This document shows positions 1 through 12,300 of a stretch of DNA of 64,000 bases, piece by piece. Source of the DNA: Phoronis australis (taxonomy: Eukaryota > Animalia > Phoronida). The stretch's first letter is position 1; each line of letters starts with the position of its first letter. Below the pieces are notes generated by a model. That model was given only the letters and a program-made list of their open reading frames with translations. It ran no database searches and was not told the DNA's origin. The DNA is taken from contig NMRA01000036.1 in assembly GCA_002633005.1 (NCBI GenBank), forward strand, positions 1,398,923 to 1,462,922, given 5' to 3'. A program made the translations under genes and the position numbers.

Positions 1-880
1 GGATTCAAAATGGCGGACTTGGCGACTATTTTGTTTCCGGTTTCAGATTCAAACGCTAATAGAGGTCGCATGTTTCAACGTACAGGGCTGAAATTTAGTA
101 CGATTATTACAAGACACAAGTACTACCACTGCGCTGTAAATCGTTAACTTTTAGTCAAAGATGGTGGAAATATTGGCCATGGCGCATGCGCACCTCGATG
201 TCTGGCCGAAAACATTTTCTAGTGTAGAGGGCGCATTGGTGAACCAATCATTTTCAATCTCGTCACCTGTTTGTTTCCTTCGATTGGCTATTATTAAAAA
301 TAATTTAACCGGAAGTCACTTTCAAGATGGCGGCTCTGGCGCATTTTCACCCATTTTCGATCGTTCTGCGGTCGTATTTTTAACGGGAAAAGCAATTGAC
401 GTGAATTTTTGCATGTAGATTCCTTAAAGTATGCTCTTTCAAAAGTTCTGCAATAACGTTTTACTCGAACTTACGTTTTCGAGCTATTCGACTTTGAATT
501 TAAAAAAACGCAGAATTTCAATATTGTCGAAAAAAATACGGAATTGTGCGTTACTATCAATTTAGGTAGACTTTTGAACGGGCTTTCAGATGATGTTTTC
601 CAGTTTCCGCTAGGACGTCTATTTTGCGAATTATTCGAGATTTTCTGATTTCGCTGTTCCTTTAATTGTTGAGCGCTCTTGCTGCATTGATGTTGGTTTA
701 GCTTCTATTGAACAAGACTGCAGCATATTTCTTAGTAGTTTCTTCGCTAGTCACATGAATGTTATCGTGTTGTTCGTAATTGCCGCCTTCATTGTCATGA
801 TCGTCGTCGTCTTCCCCATCGTCTTCTTTTCGGTTAATTTCGCCAAGTGTCGCTCCTCAGAGCGCTAAGGTTTACATGTT
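1..880 (-). mobile_element. Helentron/HINE-like non-autonomous element, family A, inverted copy running off the window start
   Basis: Diverged reverse complement of 928-1965 (e.g. AACCGGAAGTCACTTTCAAGATGGCGG at ~308 vs CTGCCATCTTGAAAGCAACTTCCGGTT at ~1632; TTAATTTCGCCAAGTGTCGCTCC at 834 vs GGAGCGACACTTGGCGAAATTAA at ~948). Family label is inference from terminal structure of the second copy. Confidence 0.55.
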
Positions 881-927
881 GATATTTTGACACACAAAAT
901 CCAAGACAGTTTACCATGTCATTAAAT

Positions 928-2130
928 AACAAATGAAAGCGCTCCGAGGAGCGACACTTGGCGAAATTAACAGAAGAGACGATGATGGAGATGATGACGA
1001 AGATGACAGCTATGACGACAATGTTGGCGATGATGGACAATGCAAGTTATGATATTCATATGACGAACGTAGAGGTCAGAAATCACTAAGAAATAGGCGA
1101 CACTTGGCGAAATTAACTGAAGTAAAGACGACGTAGATGATGACGAAGATGACGAATATGATGATGGTGGATTCGATGCTGAACAGCATCATAACATTCA
1201 TATGACGTACTTAAATGTCATAAATCAATAAAAATAGGCTACAGTCTTGTTCAACAGAAGCTAAACTAACATCAATGCAGCAAGAGCGCTCAACAATTAA
1301 GGAACAGCGCTATCAGAAAATCTCAAATAACTCGAAAAGTAGACGTTCTCGCGAAAAATGGAAAACATCTGTTGAAAGCCCGTTCAAAATTCTATCTAAA
1401 TTGATAGTATCACACAATTCAGTAATTTTTTCGAAAAAAAATGAAATTTTGTGTTTTTTAAAGAAATTCAAAGTCAATTAACTCGAAAACAGTAAGTCTG
1501 AGAAAAAAATTGTTGAGGTCATTTGAAAGGGTATACTTTAAAGAATCCACATCCAAAAATTAACGTCATTCTCTCTTCACGTTTAAAATGACACTCCAGC
1601 ACGACTGAAAATGAGTCAACATGCGCCAGATCTGCCATCTTGAAAGCAACTTCCGGTTTTTTGGCTCTGTGTTATAGCATGTCATAAGAAACTAACACCT
1701 GCAAAAATTCTAAGGAATTGGCCCTATAATGCGCCTTCTACAGGAGGAAACGTTTTTAGGCCAAAATCGAGGTGCGCAGGCGCGATTGCCGATATTTCCG
1801 CTATCTTTAATCGGAAGTAAACAATTTCCAGTATACTTGTAGCACATTTCCAATCCAATAACTGTGTCGATTCTCAGCTCTGTACGTAAAAAATTGTAGC
1901 CTTTAGAAGCATTTGAACCTTTAAATGAAAACAAAATGGCCGCCAAATCTGTCATCTTGGATCCGATTATAACGAAAAACAACAGGCTTCCAGTACTTCC
2001 AAAACTACGTGTTATGTGTAAATTTCGTGATGATCGGACAAAAATTGCGACCTGTATCGTGCGAACAAACAAAAAACAAATTAGTGACAGAGCAACATAC
2101 TTGGCGAAATTCATTTCGCCAAGTAATAAT
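928..2130 (+). mobile_element. Helentron/HINE-like non-autonomous element, family A
   Basis: 5' subterminal motif ACTTGGCGAAAT (~956), (GAT/GAC)n microsatellite, and 3' hairpin ACTTGGCGAAAT-TC-ATTTCGCCAAGT followed by AATAAT (2099-2130); no coding capacity. Confidence 0.55.
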
Positions 2131-3354
2131 CCTTGCCTTTCTGGATCCTTAGACAACGTAAAAATGACAGTTATGGTGTTTTCTTGGATGAATTTGTTCC
2201 CGTGCTTCGTACTTGACTATTGGTTATTCGCAACTTGGCGGCGCTAGTGATAGCGATAACAACGATCTCACCAGTGAACATCCCTACTGTAGTAAAGTCC
2301 TTGCTAATAGTTGAACACAGAAACATGGTTGCAAATATTAAAATATTTCACCTGTGATACCTGGTACTTCAGTTATAAGCACAAGTAGAATTTTGAATAA
2401 CGACGGCACATATTGTGCAAATTCAAGATGTATCCACCAGCAAATGAGCTCCATTAAATTCACTGACCATGAAAACATAGGTAAACAAATCAAAAATACC
2501 ATGTCTGCAGTGCTATAAGCAAACAGAATTTTGCATAATAGCGGACTTAATTTGCATTTTTAAATAAAGTGCATTTTAAAACCCTTAAAGACCCTACGAA
2601 CGATCACTCTCCCTAAATCATGAAAATCAAGATTAACTATAGGCTACATCAGTAAAACAGCAGAGAAAAACTTTATCAACAAATACAGGTTAAGTAATAA
2701 AGGTCTTTGTCTTCCGGATTATATTTTTCTGTCTGTTATTGTAACACCACACTTCTTTTCCCGCATATCAGGGTCTATGAAATCCGATAGCGCTCTGAAA
2801 AGTCTGCCGTTACAGCCCAATGACGAGGAACAGGGTTATAAAACCACAAAATCCATTCTGTTTTGCGATTTTCATTTCGTCAGAGTAACTAATCCCATCT
2901 CATTTGGGGTAGGCCTACAGCTGTGGTTAGGTGACGTTAGCCATGTTCATTTGTTTGTCTACCTGTGTGGCCTATCATGCCATTCATCTCAGCCTGTCTC
3001 ATTTGACTTTATATAAGCCAGAAATGTCCTGGTATACGGTTATAATTCAAATTTTGCTCAGAGGGTTCGTGGTTAAAGTGATGGTTTAGAGTAAAAGGTA
3101 TCACATTTAAAAACGTAAGTGCTCAGGCGCATACCACCCGGAGCTTATTATTGCAATGATACTCGTCGATTTAGTAGCTTTAAAACTCCGCATGTCATCC
3201 CATCGCTACTACTTAGTTGTCTCCCTTACGCTTACCCTTCTAAGGACGGTTCTGCGCAAAATGATTACAAAATGCCAATTCTCGACACTGTCTGCCACTA
3301 ATTCATTGAAAATAATGTCGGTCACTATACTACAGTAGTTAAATACGCAAAATT

Positions 3355-3560
3355 ATAATTGGGAAACACCAAGAAACCACAGATACCGTCTTAAAGAACA
3401 AGAAAAACGTAGCAGCAGTAACATCTAATAAACATTTCACTCGATCTGGAAGGGTGACTTGGCAATTACACTTTTACAAGATGCCAGTTACAGTCAACGC
3501 GGTAAATAGGTGGCTGGGATAGCATTTCATTAATAAACAGCAAATACTAGATTGGAAGCC
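3355..3560 (+). pseudogene. Degraded GIY-YIG endonuclease fragment, probably Penelope-like element
   Basis: Frameshifted translation IG/ETPRNHRYRLKEQEKRSSSNI*..KHF resembles the PLE motif YIGETxRxLxxRLKEH...SxIxKHF. Confidence 0.4.
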
Positions 3561-4621
3561 CAAGATCCATCCATATCAAATTTGAACTCAATAACATGAA
3601 CAGAGATAAGGTCAGCCGTCTGTATAGTGCGCAACATCAGTTGATAACAGCAACGCACAACACATACTGATAAAGACACCAGTGAACATCGGTTGACTTT
3701 GGAGTCGCTCAAGTACATTCCTGACGAAGTTATTTCTTGAAAAGGGACTACATTTTTTGTTTTTCGAGGTACTGGTCCTAAAGAAAAAAACATTCAATGT
3801 ATCTTCTCAACAATAACATGTAACTTACATTAATGAAGCGGGCACTTTGACTAGACTGCGCTAAATTATTTCCACAATTTTGTTCGAAGACCCAGTTTTG
3901 ATTCCCAGAATGTGTTCAACCGTGCTATTTAAACAGAGAAAAAAGTTCGATTCAACACCGTCGGTGGGATCGTACATCTCGTAAAACATGTGTAATTCAT
4001 TGTTTTATAATGCTTGTCCAAAATGGTTTACTGAAATATGTTAGTCTATGAAAACTCTGTGTGGGACAAAACAAACTCAGTGCATACCTACTTACTGCAT
4101 TCTCACGCTCGCATCAGGCTTATCAGCTTCATATTGGAAATACATCAGAAACTCAACTGTTTTAAAAAAAGTGTTCATAGTAATATCCCCAAATTACCAC
4201 ATTTACCACTTCTCTGCTTTCAGTCCTACGATGGGCCATTCAGATAAGTATCTAGCCGGCCCACAAGTGAGCAAAAAACTTTCAACTTCGGAGTTGTTTC
4301 GATGGAATGTCCTCTTCGTTCCCACCAGAGACAAATCGGTGTTACTAGTGAATGTATGCAAGGGAATGAATGAGAACCTGGATATAATGCAAAAACGATT
4401 TCCAGGGCTGTGCTCATATTTAAAAGAGACACATCACAAATATTAATAATTTAAAACACCATCTCAAGTACTACTCTTTTTAATGTTCAGTAATGAGATC
4501 AAATAATTTGAAATGATTTTGAAATGTATTTATTCACCCATGATCATCTTTCGTTTCACCTCATGTGCATACCTTGTTCAACTAATTCCCCCTCACGCAA
4601 TCGTCACATTCCAGCCGCACT

Positions 4622-4826
4622 TCTATTATCATTATGACCATTGCTATTACTGTAACTACTATAATTATTATTGTTGTCCTTATTATTATTACTATTGCCA
4701 TTACTATCCTACAATTACTAACATTATTATTACGATTATCATTATTAATATTGTTATTATTATTGTTATTATTATTTTTACCAGTGCTACTGCTACTACA
4801 ATTATTAACATTATCATTATTGTTAA
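4622..4826. repeat. Degenerate (ATT/ACT)n microsatellite
   Basis: ~200 bp of TAT/ATT trinucleotides; explains the spurious Ile/Tyr-rich ORFs 4513-4938 and 4634-4831. Confidence 0.9.
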
Positions 4827-4978
4827 CTTGATAACGTTACTGAGACAGGAGGGACATCAACATGGAATTAAAAGTGCGTTTGATAAGGAGACTAATCGGT
4901 ACAGTGTGCTAGTTGGGAGGGCCAGCTGTCGTTGCTAACTTACTCGATTTTTCATGATCCGAGATAGGCAGGAGACGT

Positions 4979-6156
4979 AATAGGCCTTTTGCGAGTTTAT
5001 AGCAATAACGCGAGATTATGTGAGACTTAACTGTGACGTCACGGGAAGTGGGGCAAAAGCTTGTCGTTTGGTCATTTGCCCAATACGGTAGCAGAGTGTA
5101 TTCTGTTATTGTCTTCGAGTTTTTAGCCGTTTAGTTCGAAAATGTCCAAAAGCATTGCTGTTATGGCAAATGAACTTCAGATTCGCACTACAATACGTTC
5201 TATCGCGTTCTGTACTAATTTCGTCCCGTGTATTTTAAACGGGCGGTAGGCGAAATCCGCTCACTGGTAAAGTTTTCACCTCGTCGAAAATACATTCTAC
5301 ACCTAAAATTAGCACCTAAAAGGCTCTTACTTTCTTCAGTGACTCTTTCTGCTTCTAAACATATCTTCGATGAAGCATATATACGGGAATTCAGGTGACT
5401 TAGGCGAAGAATTCCAACTCCACTTTGTGGTTACTGTTAACTTTGTCCGCGCGCGCGATTACCACAATCAAGTAGTTCAACTGAGTCAGGTGAGTATGAG
5501 GCAAAGGCTAGCGCGAGACTGAGCGAAGCGCGAGATCTGGCGCGTGACCTGGCGCGTGACACTTGCAAAATAGCATGAGAAAATATCAAGTGAAATTTGT
5601 AAGATTTGTGTCCCTTGGACTTTTTGTTCGTCAACAGGCGTGATTTCACGTAACTTCCTCAAAATGGCGGCTCTTTAGTGAGAGAAACTCGAGAGAACCG
5701 CGAGGTTTTCATGAATATGCTCAAGTTATTTGTAGACTAAATTGTGTCCAGAGTCAGGGTATGTGTTAATTATAACTTCATGTGCACATATGCATGTTTC
5801 ATTTGATTTTATTTGCTGTATTTTGAAGTGAATATCTTTTTATGGGGATACACTATCGCCCCTGTATGCCTGCGCCATTCAGGCCTAGAGCGGGTTAAGT
5901 TCCAATTTCAGTCCGTTCACAGCTTCGCACAACATAACAAGGTCACATTTTCTTCGTCTATTCACAGTTATTCCACGACCCATCTACCATATCTTAAGTT
6001 GTTTTAACGTTTTAAGCGTAAAATTCGCCATAAGAACTCCAGTAAGTTTTAGCGTGTGTAGCAAAGACTCGGGGCAAAACAAGAGCAATATGGCGGGTTT
6101 TGCCCCCTTTCCGGTGACGTCACAGTGACTAGCGAGAAACTCGCAAGTGAGCTAAT
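4979..6156. mobile_element. Non-autonomous TIR DNA element (~1.2 kb), superfamily unassigned
   Basis: Imperfect inverted ends: AATAGGCCTTTTGCGAGTTT...ACTGTGACGTCACGGGAAGTGGGGCAAAA at left vs TTTTGCCCCCTTTCCGGTGACGTCACAGT...AAACTCGCAAGTGAGCTAAT at right; no ORF. Confidence 0.6.
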
Positions 6157-8603
6157 CTCGGACGCCCACCACGCTACTGAGGCGGGCGAACAGCAGACTC
6201 TATATGATTTCAATAGAATAGTAAACGGGGTGAATGGCAGTCGACCCATCTCTCACTGTCTCACTCCACGTACGCATAATGCATGGATGTGTTAAAGTTT
6301 ACCACAAAAGGCATGGCACATTTCATAGCTGGCCCATTTCATAGTTAACACATAATTATTTATTTTCACAGCCGTCCCAACAAAGCGGCATGAACTGGTA
6401 CAGAAGCGGTCTCAGTACTGCCTGTTGAAGCATAATGAAGAGAGTGTACCTGATGACTGAGGAGAAGTGTGGTGTCCTTTATTAACCCATGCACTTGTCA
6501 TTTTCAAAGGTCAATCAAGCATGCATATGGCCGTTAGGAGCGGGACAATGTCAACGAGCCAATCCAGGTATGCAGCAAGGACATCTGTTGTCGAAAATCA
6601 TGATTCTATTTTTGGAGTGCAGGGATTCCCAGACACTCTTCTACAAAGAAGATACGAAAGACAAAAGCGCGCGGCTACCAAAATTTGATCAGCTGGACGT
6701 TAAGACTTATTGGTGCAATGGATTGTGGAGATGAAACTGCAGTAAAAGAATTTTTTAATGATTATTATGAAATTGTCACAGAAAGTGCCAACAGGCATAT
6801 ATATAAAGAAATATAAAAATTATACACAAATACATGAATACAATGTTAGGATTACAATGAAATGGTAATGAATACAAATAAATCATTTTCATTCGAAATA
6901 AATAATTTCACATGAAAACAATTTATCTACTCACACAAAGAGTTTACTCACACACACGGACTCACACAGAGATTCAATATTAAAAAGGAATTTTGAAACT
7001 ATTTCGAATAAAACCTTATTTTCATTTAGGTCGAGCTCAATTTACATACACTTAAAAAAAATGAAGATTTGAATATTTTTTATAAACATTGTCAGATTTT
7101 TTGAGTGTCTGGAAAAGTGGAGCCCTCTGCTGGCAAGCAAAGAAAATATGAGCATTTGTCGGAGTGTCTCCACAGAAAAAGAGTGGATGAAGTATTTCAA
7201 AGGGGGCTTTGTAGAAAATTACGCGGCAGCATCAAACCCAGAAAAAGATTTTGAAGTGGAGATGTCAGTCAACTACACGGATGTCAAAGAGCAATTGGAA
7301 ATTTGGCCTAAATGAACCCGGTGAAGGTGAGTTGGAATACATGCAAGTATTTTTTGGTAGTGTTAAAACTCTCATATCAAAGATTTCGTTACAACTAGAC
7401 ATTTGTAGTTAATAACACTATCCACTTAGCTCAGTACTCAAAGTCAGTTTTCAATTTCTCTCCAGATCAGATACAGATTATAATGTCCAACTGTGTGTTC
7501 TATTAATTTTGGTGTACTTTTATTTTGTTTTGTTGGTACCAAAACTGTGCACACTATTTTGTTATATTGGGGTTTCTTACATTGCTGGTGTATTTTTGGG
7601 CTGATAAGTACCGATAGTTTTGTGCTGATTTGTGTTGCTAGTGGCCCCATGATGGCAGCCATACAGGTTTGCATAAGTGCCACAGTCCAAGACTGTTAAT
7701 TAAAGATATCCCTGTTTCCAAGTTAAACTACCCTGGCTGTCAGAACCCAAAAAAGGTTACACACATGGATCAATTTTGTATGCTGTAGGATATATTTTCC
7801 TACTTTGCCTGACAGTTAATCATAACCTAATACAATACAAAACAGCAAATTTACCATTTCGGTGAAAAAACTAAACTGTTACTAATATGTATATTCCTCT
7901 TTTTCAGACAACCACAGTAATTTTACAGTCAGTAACGTTCAGTATACACAACAAATCAAGATCATACAAGTCTTTGTGACACTTTGTCATACATTTTAAG
8001 TGAAGTAGGTGATGACGCTGAAGTACAATCACGTTGTTAAAGCGAGATTCAAATGTAAAACAGCATCATGATTAGTTTGCTATTCTAACTTGTTTCCTCA
8101 TTACTAAATCTAGAACTCATTCTACAGGTATTACAGACTGAACACGCATACAGACAAAATGTACAGACCAAGCAAGTCACTGGATGAAAAAAAACGAAGA
8201 TGTGAAGAACCAATATGCATGCAAGAAGTTGTTGCTTTTCCAGGGTACAAGATGAGCACAGCAACCAAGTATAATTAAAGTCCTATGCAGTGTTAATTAT
8301 TTAATGTCAAGTCAAATCAAAACACATTTCTAAGTACATTAAATGACTCAGAGGGCGCTGCTGCATAGGCATGTCGACTCAGTGATTGTGCTCCTCATAA
8401 TATACCAGATACCTCGGAATTTACGGACAACCAAGCCTCAGGAATTTGTGCGTTGCTGTATTAAGACATAGAGACAGAGGAATTATCACAAATGTAAGTT
8501 TTATGTTCAGCCCATGTCTAGCCCTTGTCTACAAGACAAAATTGTATTTGCTACGACGCCTATCCCTCCTCTCTCCATTGTTGTTACGTAATCCGCCATT
8601 ACA

Positions 8604-9260
8604 ATGCCAAGAAGCAAAGACAGGGGCCGCGCAAATACTCGCAGCTCTATTGCTGATTATATGAGCCCCAATCAAGATATCTCAAACAAAGATCTTTTGG
8701 AATCATTAAACAAGCGATTCGATAATATGGAAAAAGAATTCAACAAACTCAGAACAGAATATGAAGACACGAAAAGAGAGAACGAAAAATTGAAAACGTT
8801 TATTAAAGATCTGAGCGCGAAAATTGATGACCTAGAAAATCGGTCCAGGCGTGATAATGTAATCGTCCATGGCTTGAAAGAAGAAAACAATGAATCGTGG
8901 GAAATGTCTGAAGCTCTCGTAGTAAATCTTGCCAAAGATCATTTAGGTATCGATATCCACGTCGAGAGGGCACACAGACTGGGAAAGAAAATAAGTGGAA
9001 AGACCCGTCCGATCATTGCTAAGGTGTCTTCTAAAGACAAGACCTACATTTTGAAGAAACGCAAAAACCTACAAAACCCAGCCATCCACATTACCGAAGA
9101 TTTTTCAGTTAGAGTGCGCAATGCCAGAAAGGAACTGTATAAATTCTCGAAGGGAAACGACATGGAAAATGCAAGCATACGGTATGACAAACTCATTCAC
9201 GATAGGAAAACTTATATGTACGACGAAGACAACAAGAGAGTGTTTGAATGCAACAGATAG
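8604..9260 (+). CDS. LINE ORF1 protein (coiled coil + L1-type RRM/CTD), 218 aa
   Basis: Heptad-rich N-terminus then LENRSRRDNVIVHGLKEE, VERAHRLG, RPIIAK, ITEDFS motifs typical of L1-type ORF1. Confidence 0.93.
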   Translation: MPRSKDRGRANTRSSIADYMSPNQDISNKDLLESLNKRFDNMEKEFNKLRTEYEDTKRENEKLKTFIKDLSAKIDDLENRSRRDNVIVHGLKEENNESWEMSEALVVNLAKDHLGIDIHVERAHRLGKKISGKTRPIIAKVSSKDKTYILKKRKNLQNPAIHITEDFSVRVRNARKELYKFSKGNDMENASIRYDKLIHDRKTYMYDEDNKRVFECNR

Positions 9261-9302
9261 GATGGAGGCCAAGGCCCACCCCTGTATACAAACGGCATAT
9301 CC

Positions 9303-12300
9303 TTGATGAGCTGGAACGCACATGGTCTCGCCAAAAAGATTGGACAATCTGAGGTTATTGACTTTATATCTAGGTATCATGTAGTAGCAGTCAGTGAAAC
9401 ATGGGCAAATAAACCAAACCAGTTTAGTGTACCAGGCTATGTAAATTTCGATGTGCAAAACATAAAGAGAAGAAAATTTGGAAGAAACTCCGGAGGAGTG
9501 AGTGTATTTATCAAAGATGAATTAGGAAAATATTTTAGACGTTTGAAGGTTGATCATATTCACGGTGTAGTCATAAAGGGCGACAAAAGGTTGTTTAAGA
9601 CGGACAACGATGTTATTATTTGTTTTATTTATGTAGCCCCAGAAGGGTCGCCAGTGTATGAAAACTCCGCAGAGAAAAATGGGGTAACCCTGCTTGGCCA
9701 AGAGTTGTTGAATTTGTCTCAGAAGTTTTGTGATTGTCATTTTGTGGTCATGGGTGACCTAAATGCTAGAGTTGGGAACTTGCAAGACTATATTCTAGAT
9801 GACAGTGCGGATTTCTTAACGTGTCAAGATTGGTACGATAGTGACACATTTTGTTGGCCCAGGCAGTCTAAGGATGAAACTGTAAATAATTTTGGCAAAA
9901 CTTTAATTGAATTGTGTTGTGACTTAAACATGCATATAGTTAACGGTAGGAGTCAGGGTGATAAACATGGCGAGTTTACATGTCACGCTTCAGGTGGTTG
10001 TAGCACTGTAGACTATTTGATAGTATCGACAAGTCTCTTTCAACATATTTCAGATTTTAGTGTAGGCACATTTGACGAGTCTGACCATTTTCCTATTGTT
10101 TGTAATGTTGCAGGTAATTGTGTGTATGACAGTCGTTGTAGCGTTAGCCAATCAGCATCGAAATCAAACACTCGACTGGAGTGGGATAGTGGCCGAGTAG
10201 CAGAATTCCATGAAGTGTTCTCAAATTGCCTATCAGAAAGTCTAGATCGAGTAGTTGAACAGATTGCTCGTGGCGACATAGAAAGTGCAACAGAAGGTAT
10301 CACAAATCTGTATAAACAAACTGCTACATCGATGGCAATGTTTAAAAATAAACGTACTTATGCTAAAAGGCAGAGCAAACAACCCCCTTGGTGGGACAAA
10401 GAATTACATACTGCGAAAAAACTAAAAAATCACTCTTTGAATATTTTTCGGAGAGACTCTTCCCCTGGAAAATTGGCAGTATACAAAGAAAATAAGAAAC
10501 AATTTCGCATGCTATACAAAGAAAAAGAAAAAGAGCACCAATCGAAGTTGCTAGAAAATATTTTGGATAGTAGAAATAATCCAAAGCAATTCTGGGCTTT
10601 GGTAAAATCAAAATTTAATAGTAGTCCGAAGGAAACTGCGATAACTCCAGAACGGTGGTACACGTATTTTAATTTGTTGCTCAATGAACGGATGGAACCG
10701 AACGACACTATGTCAAATGCGGTCGTAAGACAACAAGAAAATCATGACAATTACTGTGATGCTTGTGACAAAAATTTACCCAGTGATATGAACACTTGTT
10801 TCTCATGTGAGGAAATTGACTGCGCTATAATGGATCTGCCAAACGGCAAAGCGGCCGGCATTGATCACGTTGTGTTTGAGATGTTGAAGAGTACGAGGGT
10901 AGCTATTGTTCCTGTATTGGAACTGCTTTTCAATGGAATTCTCGCTACAGGTCACTACCCACAGGGCTGGTGTGACGCAATAATTGTTCCTATATTTAAA
11001 CAGGGTAACACTGAAGATGAGAACAATTATAGAGGTATCTCATTGTTGTCTGCAGTAGGAAAGCTATTCACCAAACTTTTGAACAACCGGCTTAGGACCT
11101 GGGCTGAGGCAAATGACGAACTTCGTGAATCACAGGCGGGATTCCGCAAGGGCTATTGCACTCAGGACCAAATGTTTACGCTTCAGGCCATGTGCCAAAA
11201 ATATATCACTAAGCCCGGGGGTCGTTTTTATTGTGCTTTTGTCGACTTTTCGAAGGCGTTTGACAGAGTTCCCCACATGCTACTCTGGTATAGATTACAA
11301 AAAATTGGTGTCCATGGTAACGTACTTAAAATCTTGAAATCCATGTACAGCAAATTACGTTCATGCGTAAGGACCCGAGAAGGGTTAACCGACTTTTTTG
11401 ACTGTTCTGTCGGCACCAGACAAGGGTGTATGATCAGCCCACTATTATTTATCATGTATCTGAACGAATTTATCGAAGTCCTAGATAATGCCCAAAATAT
11501 TAGAGGGATTTATATCAATGAAGAGGCTCCGCACGTCAAATCGCTGTTGTATGCTGATGACATGGTTCTGTGTTCGAGCACTCAAATTAATTTGCAAAGA
11601 ATGTTAAATTGCCTTTATGATTATTGCTCTTCTTGGGGCATGAGTGTAAATCTGAAAAAAACTAAGATCGTTGTTTTTAGAAATGGCGGGCCACTCAGAG
11701 CGTATGAGAAGTGGTATTATGGAAACCAAGTAGTGGAGGTTGTCTCCCAATATAAATATCTTGGAATATTTTTCACACCAAGATTAGTCTGGTCCAAAGC
11801 CACTAAAACTCTGGCACGTCAAGGTAGTAAAGCTGCTATGTCCATCTCTAAAATTAGAAACCGGTGCACGGAATTACCATTGAGCCTATCACTTGAACTG
11901 TTTGATAAAATTGCTGTACCAACTATGTGCTACGGCGCGGAAATCTGGGGATTCAAAGAATACGAATGGCTTGAAAATGTTTATGTTAAATTCTGTAAAA
12001 TTGCTCTTGGAGTTGGAAACTCTTGCTCAAACGCAGCTGTATTGGGTGAATGTGGAATTTATCCGCTCTATGCAAAGTATTATGTCACGTGTGTAAAATA
12101 TTGGCTAAAGTTATTGAAAATGCCACCTACTAGATACGCTAAAGCGGCTTATGACATGTTAGTTGATTTAGATAGGAATGGAAGAAATACTTGGGTATCT
12201 TCTGTTAGACAATTGCTATCAAAATACGGTTTTTATCAAATTTGGTTGAATCAAGGTGTCACGTGCGAAGTCTCGTTTTTAAGTTTCTTCGCGCAAAGAG

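Noticed and set aside
3665-3750. Hammerhead ribozyme cores (CTGATAAAG..., CTGACGAAG...GAAA)
   Set aside because: Stems I and III and the cleavage triplet cannot be built convincingly.
4513-4938. 141-aa Tyr/Ile-rich ORF as a membrane protein
   Set aside because: It is a translation of the (ATT)n microsatellite.
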